From: Armatimonadota bacterium
GTDB taxonomy: Bacteria; Armatimonadota; Armatimonadia; Armatimonadales; Armatimonadaceae
Assembly: GCA_041192625.1 (NCBI GenBank)
Contig: JBEEMN010000001.1
Location: 1-27,287, forward strand
Reading direction: 5' to 3'
DNA: 27,287 nt
This document shows, piece after piece, positions 16,211-23,777 of this stretch. Each line of letters starts with the position of its first letter. Positions within the stretch are counted from its first letter, which is position 1. The notes beneath the pieces were generated by a model, which searched no databases, was not told the origin of the DNA, and saw only the letters and a list, made by a program, of their open reading frames with translations. A program made the position numbers and the translations under genes.

Positions 16211-17665
16211 TTATGGCTCCCGCCACTTGGCGCCGTGTTCAAGAAGGGAATCAGCTTTCTCAGGGCCCCATGTTGCCGCAAAGTAAGGCGTCACATCTGC
16301 CGGATGTTGCTCCCACGCCTCGAGGATTGGCGTCAGAAGCTTCCATGCCGCTTCAACTTCATCCCCACGGGCAAAGAGACTCGCATCACCGCGGATTGCA
16401 TCCAATAACAGCCGCTCATAGGCATCCGTGATCGGCGCATTTGGAAAGGCACTGCCATACGTGAAGTCAAGGTTGACTGGCCGGAGGGCCATGGTCGGGC
16501 CCGGCTCCTTCGCACCAATTTCGAGGTGAATGCCCTCATCCGGCTGAACCCGAATAACAAGCATGTTTGGACGTACATCGGAGCGGTTCATTTTAGCAAA
16601 CAGAACCTGCGGGACCGCTCGGAACTGCACTGCGACTTCGGTCACACGGCGAGGCATCGACTTTGCACAGCGCACATAGAAGGGAATCCCTCCCCAGCGC
16701 CAGTTGTCAACATGCAGCTTGAGAGCAGCATACGTCTCGGTGGATGAATGCGGATCGACGCCAGGTTCTGAGCGGTAGCCCGCATACTGTCCACGTACCG
16801 ACATGCGTGGGACTTCATCGTGTGCCACGGGCCGAATTGAGCGAATCGCCTTGACTTTTTCATCCCGAATGGCATTGGCATCAAGGCGGGCCGGAGGCTC
16901 CATCGCAATCAGGGACAGAATCTGTAACGCGTGGTTTTGAAGCACATCGCGCGTCATCCCCGTCTGGTCAAAGAAGTTCCCACGACCTTCAACACCGATT
17001 TGTTCAGCGACGGTGATTTGTACATTCTCGATGTATTTGTGGTTCCAAAGTGGCTCAAAGATTTCATTGGCAAACCGGAACACGAGGATGTTTTGAACGG
17101 TTTCTTTCCCGAGGTAGTGATCTATACGATAAATCTGATCCTCAGAAAGCCATGTCATGAGGGAGTCATTGAGGTGGCGTGATGTCTCTAAATCGTAGCC
17201 AAATGGCTTTTCGATGATCACGCGTGTCCATGTGCCTTCACTCTTTGTAAGACCGGCGGCACCGAGGTTGCCGACAACACTCTCATACTGCTCGGGTGGA
17301 ATGGCAAGGTACATAAGGCGATTCCGTTGACGCCCAGCCTTCTCATCGAGCTCCGCCAGACGTGCAGCTAGACGATCGTAATCGCTCTGCACATCGAATT
17401 CACCGCGTACATAAAAGCACTGGCTAGCGAACTCCTCCCACTTGGACATTTCAGCCTTGGGAGCAAACTGCTGCATGTGCGCGAGAAGGTCTGCGCGGAA
17501 GGATGCATCATCTTTGTCACGGCGCCCGTATGCCACAACCTGAAAACCAGCCGGAAGGTGGCCATCACAGTGGAGCGCATAGAGTGCGGGAGTCAGTTTC
17601 CGGCGGGTAAGGTCGCCAGTCGCACCGAACAGAACGAGGACACAGGGATCGAGATGAGTAGACAT
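16211..17665 (-). CDS. zwf: Glucose-6-phosphate 1-dehydrogenase
   Basis: LFGATGDLTRRKLTPALY; EKPFG; RIDHYLGKETVQNILVFRFAN; RDVLQNH; ETYAALKLHVDNWRWGGIPFYVR..K; IRVQPDEGI; AYERLLLDAIRGD..LF. Confidence 0.98.
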   Translation of the reverse strand: MSTHLDPCVLVLFGATGDLTRRKLTPALYALHCDGHLPAGFQVVAYGRRDKDDASFRADLLAHMQQFAPKAEMSKWEEFASQCFYVRGEFDVQSDYDRLAARLAELDEKAGRQRNRLMYLAIPPEQYESVVGNLGAAGLTKSEGTWTRVIIEKPFGYDLETSRHLNDSLMTWLSEDQIYRIDHYLGKETVQNILVFRFANEIFEPLWNHKYIENVQITVAEQIGVEGRGNFFDQTGMTRDVLQNHALQILSLIAMEPPARLDANAIRDEKVKAIRSIRPVAHDEVPRMSVRGQYAGYRSEPGVDPHSSTETYAALKLHVDNWRWGGIPFYVRCAKSMPRRVTEVAVQFRAVPQVLFAKMNRSDVRPNMLVIRVQPDEGIHLEIGAKEPGPTMALRPVNLDFTYGSAFPNAPITDAYERLLLDAIRGDASLFARGDEVEAAWKLLTPILEAWEQHPADVTPYFAATWGPEKADSLLEHGAKWREP

Positions 17666-17893
17666 AGTAATAGATATCGGGCACCGGATGTGACCGTATT
17701 CATATTACAGCCTCAAGCAAGTCCGCCTCTTGAATGCTGAACAACGCCTATCTCTTATAGGCAGATTGTGCAAAGACACATAAGAATTGCCTTCCCACTT
17801 ACGCATTGCGGTCAGGTTGTCCTGAAACAGCAAATAAGCATGAATTGCAGGATGAATATGACGCACTATTGTTCACCACGGTAGACTTTGAAA

Positions 17894-20800
17894 ATGAAGA
17901 CGCTTGCTGCACTAACTGGCCTCGGCATCGCCGCCGTTCCATCATTTGCTTTCGCACAGGATGTCGCTATCCACGGTGCGCAGGCACCCACACTGTCGCC
18001 GGATGGCAAACGTGTTGCGTTCAGCTGGCGCGGGGATGTTTACATCGCGGCATCAACGGGCGGAACCGCATCCCCTCTCACAGCTCATGCCGAATTTGAT
18101 GGCAATCCGGTGTTCTCTCCGGATGGCAAGTGGATTGCTTTTTCATCCAATCGTAATGGTAACAGCGACATCTTCATCGTCCCGAGCACCGGAGGCACCC
18201 CGCGTAGAGTCACAAAGTCGCCGGCATCCGAGGTTCCAACGGACTGGACTCCAGATGGCAAATCTATCTACTTCTCAGCGAACCGGGAATCCAATGTCCC
18301 GGGCATTTACACCGTCAATGTAGATTCATTCAAAGTTCAGCGCATCGTCGAGGACTTTAAGCGTATCGGCGGCGCGGCTCCACTGGCTGGAGGCAAGCAG
18401 GTTGTTTACACACGCGATGGCTTTCCGTGGACTCGCCCACGCTATCGCGGTTCTGCAGCAAGCCAGCTATGGCGCTTTGACATCGCTTCCAAGAAGCGCA
18501 CGGCTATAACAAGCGGTGAACAGCAATATCTTTGGCCAAGACCAACACCGGATGGCAAATCAATCATTTGCGTAACGACCGGTGAGGAGACGCCAAATGC
18601 ACAGTGGTTTGGCAAGGCTCCTCTTAAGTGGACAGACAATGCCGATAAAACGCCAAATGTCTGGAGCATCCCAGTGGATGGCGGTAAGGCACAGCGTCTG
18701 ACATCGCTTACGGGCGGTAGTGTTCGATTCCCATCCCTTGCTGCAAAAACGGGAGACATCGTCTTTGCACACGGAACAGATATCTACATTCGTCCTGCCA
18801 CGGGCGGCGAACCGAAAAAGCTCGTTCTCATTGCTGGCACAGCCGATGACAAAACAAACCCCGTTAGCCGCTGGTCCATCAGCAATAACCAGGTTTCGGA
18901 ACAAGAGCCAAGCCCGGATGGCAAACAGGTCGCGTTCCTCGTCAATAACGACATCTGGGTCGCACCGATCGACAAGGGCAAGGGCCGCAATGTAGACCTG
19001 GCTGAACGAATTACTGATTGGATTGGGTATGACCGTGACTTTGTCTGGACACCCGATGGCAAACAGATTCTGTTCGTGTCCGACCGGGATGGTAATGACA
19101 AGCTGTATTCCGTTGATGTCGTATCTAAGCGTGTGACGACACTTTGGAACAAGCCAGAGGCGGTTTCTTCGCCAAAGTTAACCCCGGATGGCAAGCGCGT
19201 GAGCTTCTGGGTGGGCGGTTCCCGTGATGTTGCAGGGCTTTACACCGCTCTCCTCGATGGAACCGATACCAAAAAGGTCGCCGCTGTTCCTAGTGCGCAT
19301 CAGGGATTTGCAAGCTTCTCCCCCGATGGCCGCTTCGTAGCCTTTTCCAGAGAATCGACAATCACAGGCAATCCAGATATCTATATTGCCCCTCTCGATG
19401 CAAGCAAGCCTGCGGAAAACGTGACGCGCCTCGCGAGTTTCCATGGCCAAATGGCATGGTCTCCCGATGGCCGTTTCCTCTTCTTCTCCAGCAACCGGGA
19501 TGGAGATGGCCTTTACGCGCTCCCACTTCAGCCGGTTGATGTCCGCGCAGATGATGGTGAAACGACTCTTGGCAAGCTAGATAACGTGAAAATCGAAATC
19601 GACTTCACAGACATCCAGACACGTATTCGCCAAATCGTGCCCGGTTCAGCATCCGATATCACAGTTCTGAAGGATGGACGGATCCTGTTTATTGGAAACG
19701 GCGATGTGACGGCGTGCGCCTTTGATGGCAAGAACGTAACCAAAATCACAGGAGGCGGTGGCACCGCGATGCTGCGACTGGCTGCGGATGAAAAATCCGC
19801 AACCTTCCTCCGTGGTGGACAGATCTTTGCAATCAAGGGAATCGCACCGGGAACACCGCAACCTCTGGTGACGTTCACCGCAAGCGGTGAAACAGACATC
19901 AATCAGCTGCGTGCTGTTGCATTCACTCAGTTCTGGCGCTCCTATCAAACCCGTTTCTATGATCCAAACTTCCACGGCCGTGACTGGGTTGCATTACGGG
20001 ATGCATACCGTCCATTCCTTGGTGGTGTTGGTACACGGGAAGAGTTTGCTACCGTCCTCAATATGTTGGCGGGAGAGCTTGAAGCAAGCCATGCTGAGGT
20101 AGGCCCGGCGGCATCACCCATTGCCAGCACAAGCGTCAAACATCTTGGTGTGACTTTCGATGAAGCCTACGATGGTCCTGGCATCAAGATTCGTACCGTG
20201 CCTCCGCGTACACCGGGAAGCTATACAAAAACAAAGCTGAGCCCAGGTGAGTTCATCGTCGCCATCGATGGCAAAGACTGCAGCGTCGATGAGAACCTCT
20301 GGGACCTTCTCCAGGACCGCGGCGACCGCGATGTCACCCTCCTCGTGAACAGCAAGCCAGTTCGCGATGGTGCGCGTACGGTTACGTTCCGTCCACTCTC
20401 GATGGGTGAATGGAGCAACATCAACTACCGTAACCGAACGGATGCCCGCCGCAAGCAGGTTGAATCGGCAAGCGGTGGTCGAATAGGTTATGTCCACATC
20501 GCTGGTATGGGCGGGGACAACCAAAACACATTTGAGAAGGAGTTCTTCAGCTGGGCTGAAGGCAAGGATGCGATGGTCATTGATGTCCGTGAAAACGGCG
20601 GTGGCAACATCGGGGACCGCCTTATCAGCTGGCTTGGAAACAAACCTTACAGTACGTATGTGCCACGGGATGGCGATCCAAAGTCTGGTCCTCCGGATTG
20701 GGCGGCGCGCACATTCCCAAAGATCCCAATCGTCGTCCTTATGGGTGAGAACTCGTTCTCAAATGCGGAAATGTTCCCATATGGCATGCGGGCAACCGGA

Positions 20801-21046
20801 CTTGCGACGCTCATTGGCAAACCAACTCCAGGCTATGTGATTTGGACGTGGGGCTTGCCTCTGATCGATGGCACCAGCGCTCGGATGCCAGGGGCTGGAA
20901 CGTACCGTAAGGATGGCAGCCCAATGGAAAACTTAGGCGAAAAGCCGGACATTGATGTCGAATGGCCGGCGGAAGATTACCTCGCGGGTCGCGACCCACA
21001 GCTCGAGAGAGCCATCAAAGAGCTCTTGGCAAAGTCCGGCAAGTAA
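17894..21046 (+). CDS. Secreted tricorn-protease-like S41 family peptidase (PD40 propellers, C1, PDZ, C2 catalytic domain)
   Basis: Signal peptide MKTLAALTGLGIAAVPSFAFA|Q; many (S/T)PDG repeats; 'FYDPNFHGRDW', 'MLAGELEASHA' (catalytic His position), PDZ 'LSPGEFIVAIDG', 'IGYVHIAGM', 'VIDVRENGGG', 'GENSFSNAEMF' (catalytic Ser position), 'ENLGEKPDIDV', 'DPQLERAI'. The start is ATG 17894 or TTG 17888. Confidence 0.92.
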   Translation: MKTLAALTGLGIAAVPSFAFAQDVAIHGAQAPTLSPDGKRVAFSWRGDVYIAASTGGTASPLTAHAEFDGNPVFSPDGKWIAFSSNRNGNSDIFIVPSTGGTPRRVTKSPASEVPTDWTPDGKSIYFSANRESNVPGIYTVNVDSFKVQRIVEDFKRIGGAAPLAGGKQVVYTRDGFPWTRPRYRGSAASQLWRFDIASKKRTAITSGEQQYLWPRPTPDGKSIICVTTGEETPNAQWFGKAPLKWTDNADKTPNVWSIPVDGGKAQRLTSLTGGSVRFPSLAAKTGDIVFAHGTDIYIRPATGGEPKKLVLIAGTADDKTNPVSRWSISNNQVSEQEPSPDGKQVAFLVNNDIWVAPIDKGKGRNVDLAERITDWIGYDRDFVWTPDGKQILFVSDRDGNDKLYSVDVVSKRVTTLWNKPEAVSSPKLTPDGKRVSFWVGGSRDVAGLYTALLDGTDTKKVAAVPSAHQGFASFSPDGRFVAFSRESTITGNPDIYIAPLDASKPAENVTRLASFHGQMAWSPDGRFLFFSSNRDGDGLYALPLQPVDVRADDGETTLGKLDNVKIEIDFTDIQTRIRQIVPGSASDITVLKDGRILFIGNGDVTACAFDGKNVTKITGGGGTAMLRLAADEKSATFLRGGQIFAIKGIAPGTPQPLVTFTASGETDINQLRAVAFTQFWRSYQTRFYDPNFHGRDWVALRDAYRPFLGGVGTREEFATVLNMLAGELEASHAEVGPAASPIASTSVKHLGVTFDEAYDGPGIKIRTVPPRTPGSYTKTKLSPGEFIVAIDGKDCSVDENLWDLLQDRGDRDVTLLVNSKPVRDGARTVTFRPLSMGEWSNINYRNRTDARRKQVESASGGRIGYVHIAGMGGDNQNTFEKEFFSWAEGKDAMVIDVRENGGGNIGDRLISWLGNKPYSTYVPRDGDPKSGPPDWAARTFPKIPIVVLMGENSFSNAEMFPYGMRATGLATLIGKPTPGYVIWTWGLPLIDGTSARMPGAGTYRKDGSPMENLGEKPDIDVEWPAEDYLAGRDPQLERAIKELLAKSGK

Positions 21047-21049
21047 ACG

Positions 21050-21090
21050 AAAGAGCCCTCTATGGATCACACTTCCAGAGGGGGCTTTTT
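21050..21090. terminator. Intrinsic terminator hairpin between convergent S41 peptidase and hlyC-family genes
   Basis: aaagagccctct-a-tgga / tcacact loop / tcca-g-agggggcttttt. The long GC-rich stem has two G-U pairs and one mismatch, a U-tract on the plus strand and an A-rich 5' side, and starts 3 nt after the TAA at 21046. Confidence 0.85.
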
Positions 21091-21154
21091 CTTTGTTTGA
21101 GAGGGATCCCTTAGGCCGACAGATTATTCAAATGCCAGTGAGAACCCGACGTAG

Positions 21155-22474
21155 TTAGTTCGAAACAGGCTCCACACGAAGCGTTGTTGTCCGTCCGGAT
21201 GTTGCCATGATGATGATTCGGATTCCATCAATGTCGACGGAGTCTCCAGGAACAAGCTCGCGTCCGATCGCCCCAAAGACATAGCCACCGACCGTGTTGT
21301 AGTCATCATCTGGGAGCGACACAGAAAACCGTTCATTGAAGAGCTCAATCGGCATTCGGCCATCCAAGATAGTCTTCCCGGATACATCTACATCAAATGC
21401 TGGCTCATCGACATCATGTTCATCCCGGATATCCCCCACGATCTCTTCGAGTAAGTCTTCGATGGTGACGATGCCTTCGGTGCCGGCAAACTCATCCTGG
21501 ACGATGGCAATCTGCTGCTGGTTGCGTCGCATGCTCGTGAGGAGCTCTGGAACCGGGTTGGACTCTAGCACAAAGACGGCCGGCCGCAGGATACGTCGGA
21601 GATGAAAATCGGGTACGTACCGCTCTGCTTCGACATGCTGGGCAAGAATTTTCAGCAAATCCTTTGCGTGGAGAATCCCTACGACATTGTCGATTGTGCC
21701 ATCGTAGACCGGGATACGCGTGTGGCCGCTTCCGACGATGGCTGTCAGCGCATCCGAGAGGCTGGCCGTAACTGGAATCGCACTGACATCCGTCCGGGGA
21801 GTCATCACAGCGCGGGCATCGTGCTCCGAGAGCATAAAGACCCGGGTGATGATAGCCGCTTCAGCATCATCGATTTCGCCTGTCTTGCCAGTTTCACCAA
21901 CAATTTGTTCGAGCTCATCCCGGGTGATGAACGGTGGTTCATATCGTGCGACGATGCCGAGCGGCTTTGTCAAGATACCTGCGGCCCAGAGTGCGATGCC
22001 TGACAGAATGACATAGATGTTCGATGACAACAGAATAAATGGCGCCATTCGGATGGACCAGTTTGTTGGCGATGAAAGTGCTATTGCCTTTGGAACAAGG
22101 CCGGAAAGGACGAGGTTGAGAAACGCGGTTAGCATCACAAGAGCGACAACGTAAACCACGCGCGATTGAAAAGATGGCTTCCCTGGCGCCATCAGATCAG
22201 CCAATTCCAATCCAGCAATCGCGGCAAGCGCTGCGGATGAAAATGCAAAGAGCGAGAGTCCAACTTGTGCTGCGGCGACGTGCTTGGCGGGCTCGCTTAT
22301 GAGTTTCTTGACAAGATGGGCCCTTCGCTTACCTTCATTGATTAGCTGCTCAATCCGGGATGCCCGCACCGTGATAAGCGCGGTGTCACCTAATGTGTAG
22401 CATCCACCGAGGATAAGCGATGCAGCAATGCCGCCGCCTAACCAGAAAATCTGTTGGACCGACTCATCTAACAC
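21155..22474 (-). CDS. Hemolysin family / CNNM (DUF21 + CBS pair + CorC_HlyC) Mg2+/Co2+ transport-related membrane protein
   Basis: 'ALITVRASRIEQLINEG.RRA', 'LVLSGLVPKAIAL..P', 'AVMTPRTDV', 'GHTRIPVYDGTIDNVVGILHAKDLL', 'AIVQDEFAGTEGIVTIEDLLEEIVGDIRDEHD', 'DDYNTVGGYVF..IGR...PGD'. Start revised to GTG 22474, 9 nt after AAGGAG (22484-22489). Confidence 0.92.
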   Translation of the reverse strand: MLDESVQQIFWLGGGIAASLILGGCYTLGDTALITVRASRIEQLINEGKRRAHLVKKLISEPAKHVAAAQVGLSLFAFSSAALAAIAGLELADLMAPGKPSFQSRVVYVVALVMLTAFLNLVLSGLVPKAIALSSPTNWSIRMAPFILLSSNIYVILSGIALWAAGILTKPLGIVARYEPPFITRDELEQIVGETGKTGEIDDAEAAIITRVFMLSEHDARAVMTPRTDVSAIPVTASLSDALTAIVGSGHTRIPVYDGTIDNVVGILHAKDLLKILAQHVEAERYVPDFHLRRILRPAVFVLESNPVPELLTSMRRNQQQIAIVQDEFAGTEGIVTIEDLLEEIVGDIRDEHDVDEPAFDVDVSGKTILDGRMPIELFNERFSVSLPDDDYNTVGGYVFGAIGRELVPGDSVDIDGIRIIIMATSGRTTTLRVEPVSN

Positions 22475-22673
22475 GTGTAAGAACTCCTTGCCATAGCGCT
22501 TCGATCCCATCGAGGCGCGTCCCCAGCCATTTTGGGGCACCAACAATCAATACTCCGACAATGGTCGCGACAACCCCACCGATTACGACTTCGCGAATCG
22601 AATGAATCTGACCTTCAACCCGGCTCTGGGCAACCAGTGCGGCGAGTGCATATGAGCCAGCGATGATCCAGGC
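22464..22673 (-). pseudogene. Out-of-frame C-terminal half of a PAP2 phosphatase domain belonging to the upstream dgkA fusion
   Basis: The -1 frame reads AWIIAGSYALAALVAQSRVEGQIHSIREVVIGGVVATIVGVLIVGAPKWLGTRLDGIEALWQGVLTRVR*, with the PAP2 C3 motif SRxxxxxH. Its stop (22464-22466) overlaps the start of the next gene. Confidence 0.8.
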
Positions 22674-23251
22674 CCGGAGATGGCCCCGCCTTGCATCACA
22701 CTTCCTCTTCCGGCAAGCGTCTTCCCGACAAGCACGATAACCATCACAAGCAGATACCCGCCTAGCACGACAGGAAAAGTCGTAGGAAATACCATCCGGC
22801 GTTGCATTACATCGATGTTCAATGCGCCAAGAAAGATAATTGAGCCAATCACTGCCGCTGCGGTAGCGGTAACGAGGACCGCACCAGCGGCAAGGTCTTT
22901 TACATATTTGGCAGCTGGATGATAGCGATCCGTGATCATGTCAACGGTGGCTTCAATTGCAGTGTTCATCATTTCGGCAAACAAAACACTTGAAAAGCAA
23001 ACGACAAGAGCAATCATTTCGAGGCGTGGAATCCGCAGAATGAGGGCTCCAAGAAAGAGGACTAGAAAGGCGGCGACGTGAAAGCGCATGTTGCGCTGTG
23101 TCCGGAAGGCATGCCCAAGGCCTTCGACGGCATGGCGGAAGCTCTCACGCGGATGCTTGGGTCTCCATACACTTGCCCGGAGGTTGCGTCTGGCAGACTC
23201 TGCGAGCTTGTCATGCGGTACCGGGTCATGCCTCGGCATGGTCATCCCCAT
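22583..23251 (-). CDS. dgkA: Prokaryotic diacylglycerol/undecaprenol kinase domain fused to a PAP2 domain that is frameshifted after GGAISG
   Basis: 'SFRHAVEGLGHAFRTQRNMRFH', 'FAEMMNTAIEATVD', 'HPAAKYVKDLAAGAVLV' are DAGK_prokar motifs. They are followed by a TM segment and 'GKTLAGRGSVMQGGAISG', then 33 codons of non-family-like sequence. The start may be ATG 23251, 23245 or 23239. Confidence 0.88.
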   Translation of the reverse strand: MGMTMPRHDPVPHDKLAESARRNLRASVWRPKHPRESFRHAVEGLGHAFRTQRNMRFHVAAFLVLFLGALILRIPRLEMIALVVCFSSVLFAEMMNTAIEATVDMITDRYHPAAKYVKDLAAGAVLVTATAAAVIGSIIFLGALNIDVMQRRMVFPTTFPVVLGGYLLVMVIVLVGKTLAGRGSVMQGGAISGPGSSLAHMHSPHWLPRAGLKVRFIRFAKS

Positions 23252-23750
23252 TCAGTGTAAGTGGCTTCCCCACCGCAAAGCGCTCAAGGGAACGCATATG
23301 TGCTGCATCTTCATCCTCATCGTCATCATGACCCAGAAGGTGGAGGAAGCCATGGACGGCCAGAAGGCAAACTTCATCCGACAGATTCCACATCCGGGTT
23401 GTGGCCTGACGACCAGCGGTATCGAGTGAGATAGCGATATCACCGAGAATTGGCTGGAGCGGCTCGTCGATATTTACTGCAGGCCAGGAAAGGACATCCG
23501 TGGCGCTATCCCTACCTCGCCACGTCTTGTTAAGGTCCTGTATGCCAGCATCCGTGGTGAGCGCAATTGTAACCTCAGCATCATCGAAAAAATTCTCCGA
23601 TGGCAAAAGCGTTCTTTGTTCAGGAAAAAGGAATGAGGCGGTCGTCACAAGGTTGAGTGCGGCGATGATGCTCTGACGAGTATCTGCATCAAGTGCTGCT
23701 GGGTTGGAGAAATCAATGGTCATCGTTGCACCCGTCGGCATTGGATGCAT
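23226..23750 (-). CDS. ybeY: rRNA maturation endoribonuclease YbeY
   Basis: 'IQDLNKTWRGRDSATDVLSWP', 'LGDIAISLDTA.RQA', 'LAVHGFLHLLGHDD' (HxxxHxxGxDH-type Zn motif). The start is uncertain (23750, 23741 or 23723). Confidence 0.95.
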   Translation of the reverse strand: MHPMPTGATMTIDFSNPAALDADTRQSIIAALNLVTTASFLFPEQRTLLPSENFFDDAEVTIALTTDAGIQDLNKTWRGRDSATDVLSWPAVNIDEPLQPILGDIAISLDTAGRQATTRMWNLSDEVCLLAVHGFLHLLGHDDDEDEDAAHMRSLERFAVGKPLTLNGDDHAEA

Positions 23751-23777
23751 ACGTTAAAACAGGTTTGTTTATCAGGC

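Noticed and set aside
17746-17762. gcctat-ctctt-ataggc inverted repeat between zwf and the S41 protease
   Set aside because: The arms are only 6 bp and match no operator I can name; the evidence is insufficient.
17998-19475. Recurrent ccggatggcaa-like DNA motif (about nine copies)
   Set aside because: The copies encode the (S/T)PDG(K/R) turns of PD40 propeller blades with irregular in-frame spacing. This is not a CRISPR array or a mobile repeat.
22660-22690. Programmed -1 ribosomal frameshift in dgkA-PAP2
   Set aside because: There is no X XXY YYZ slippery heptamer at the junction, and shifting would still give a product lacking the SGH histidine and the following helix.
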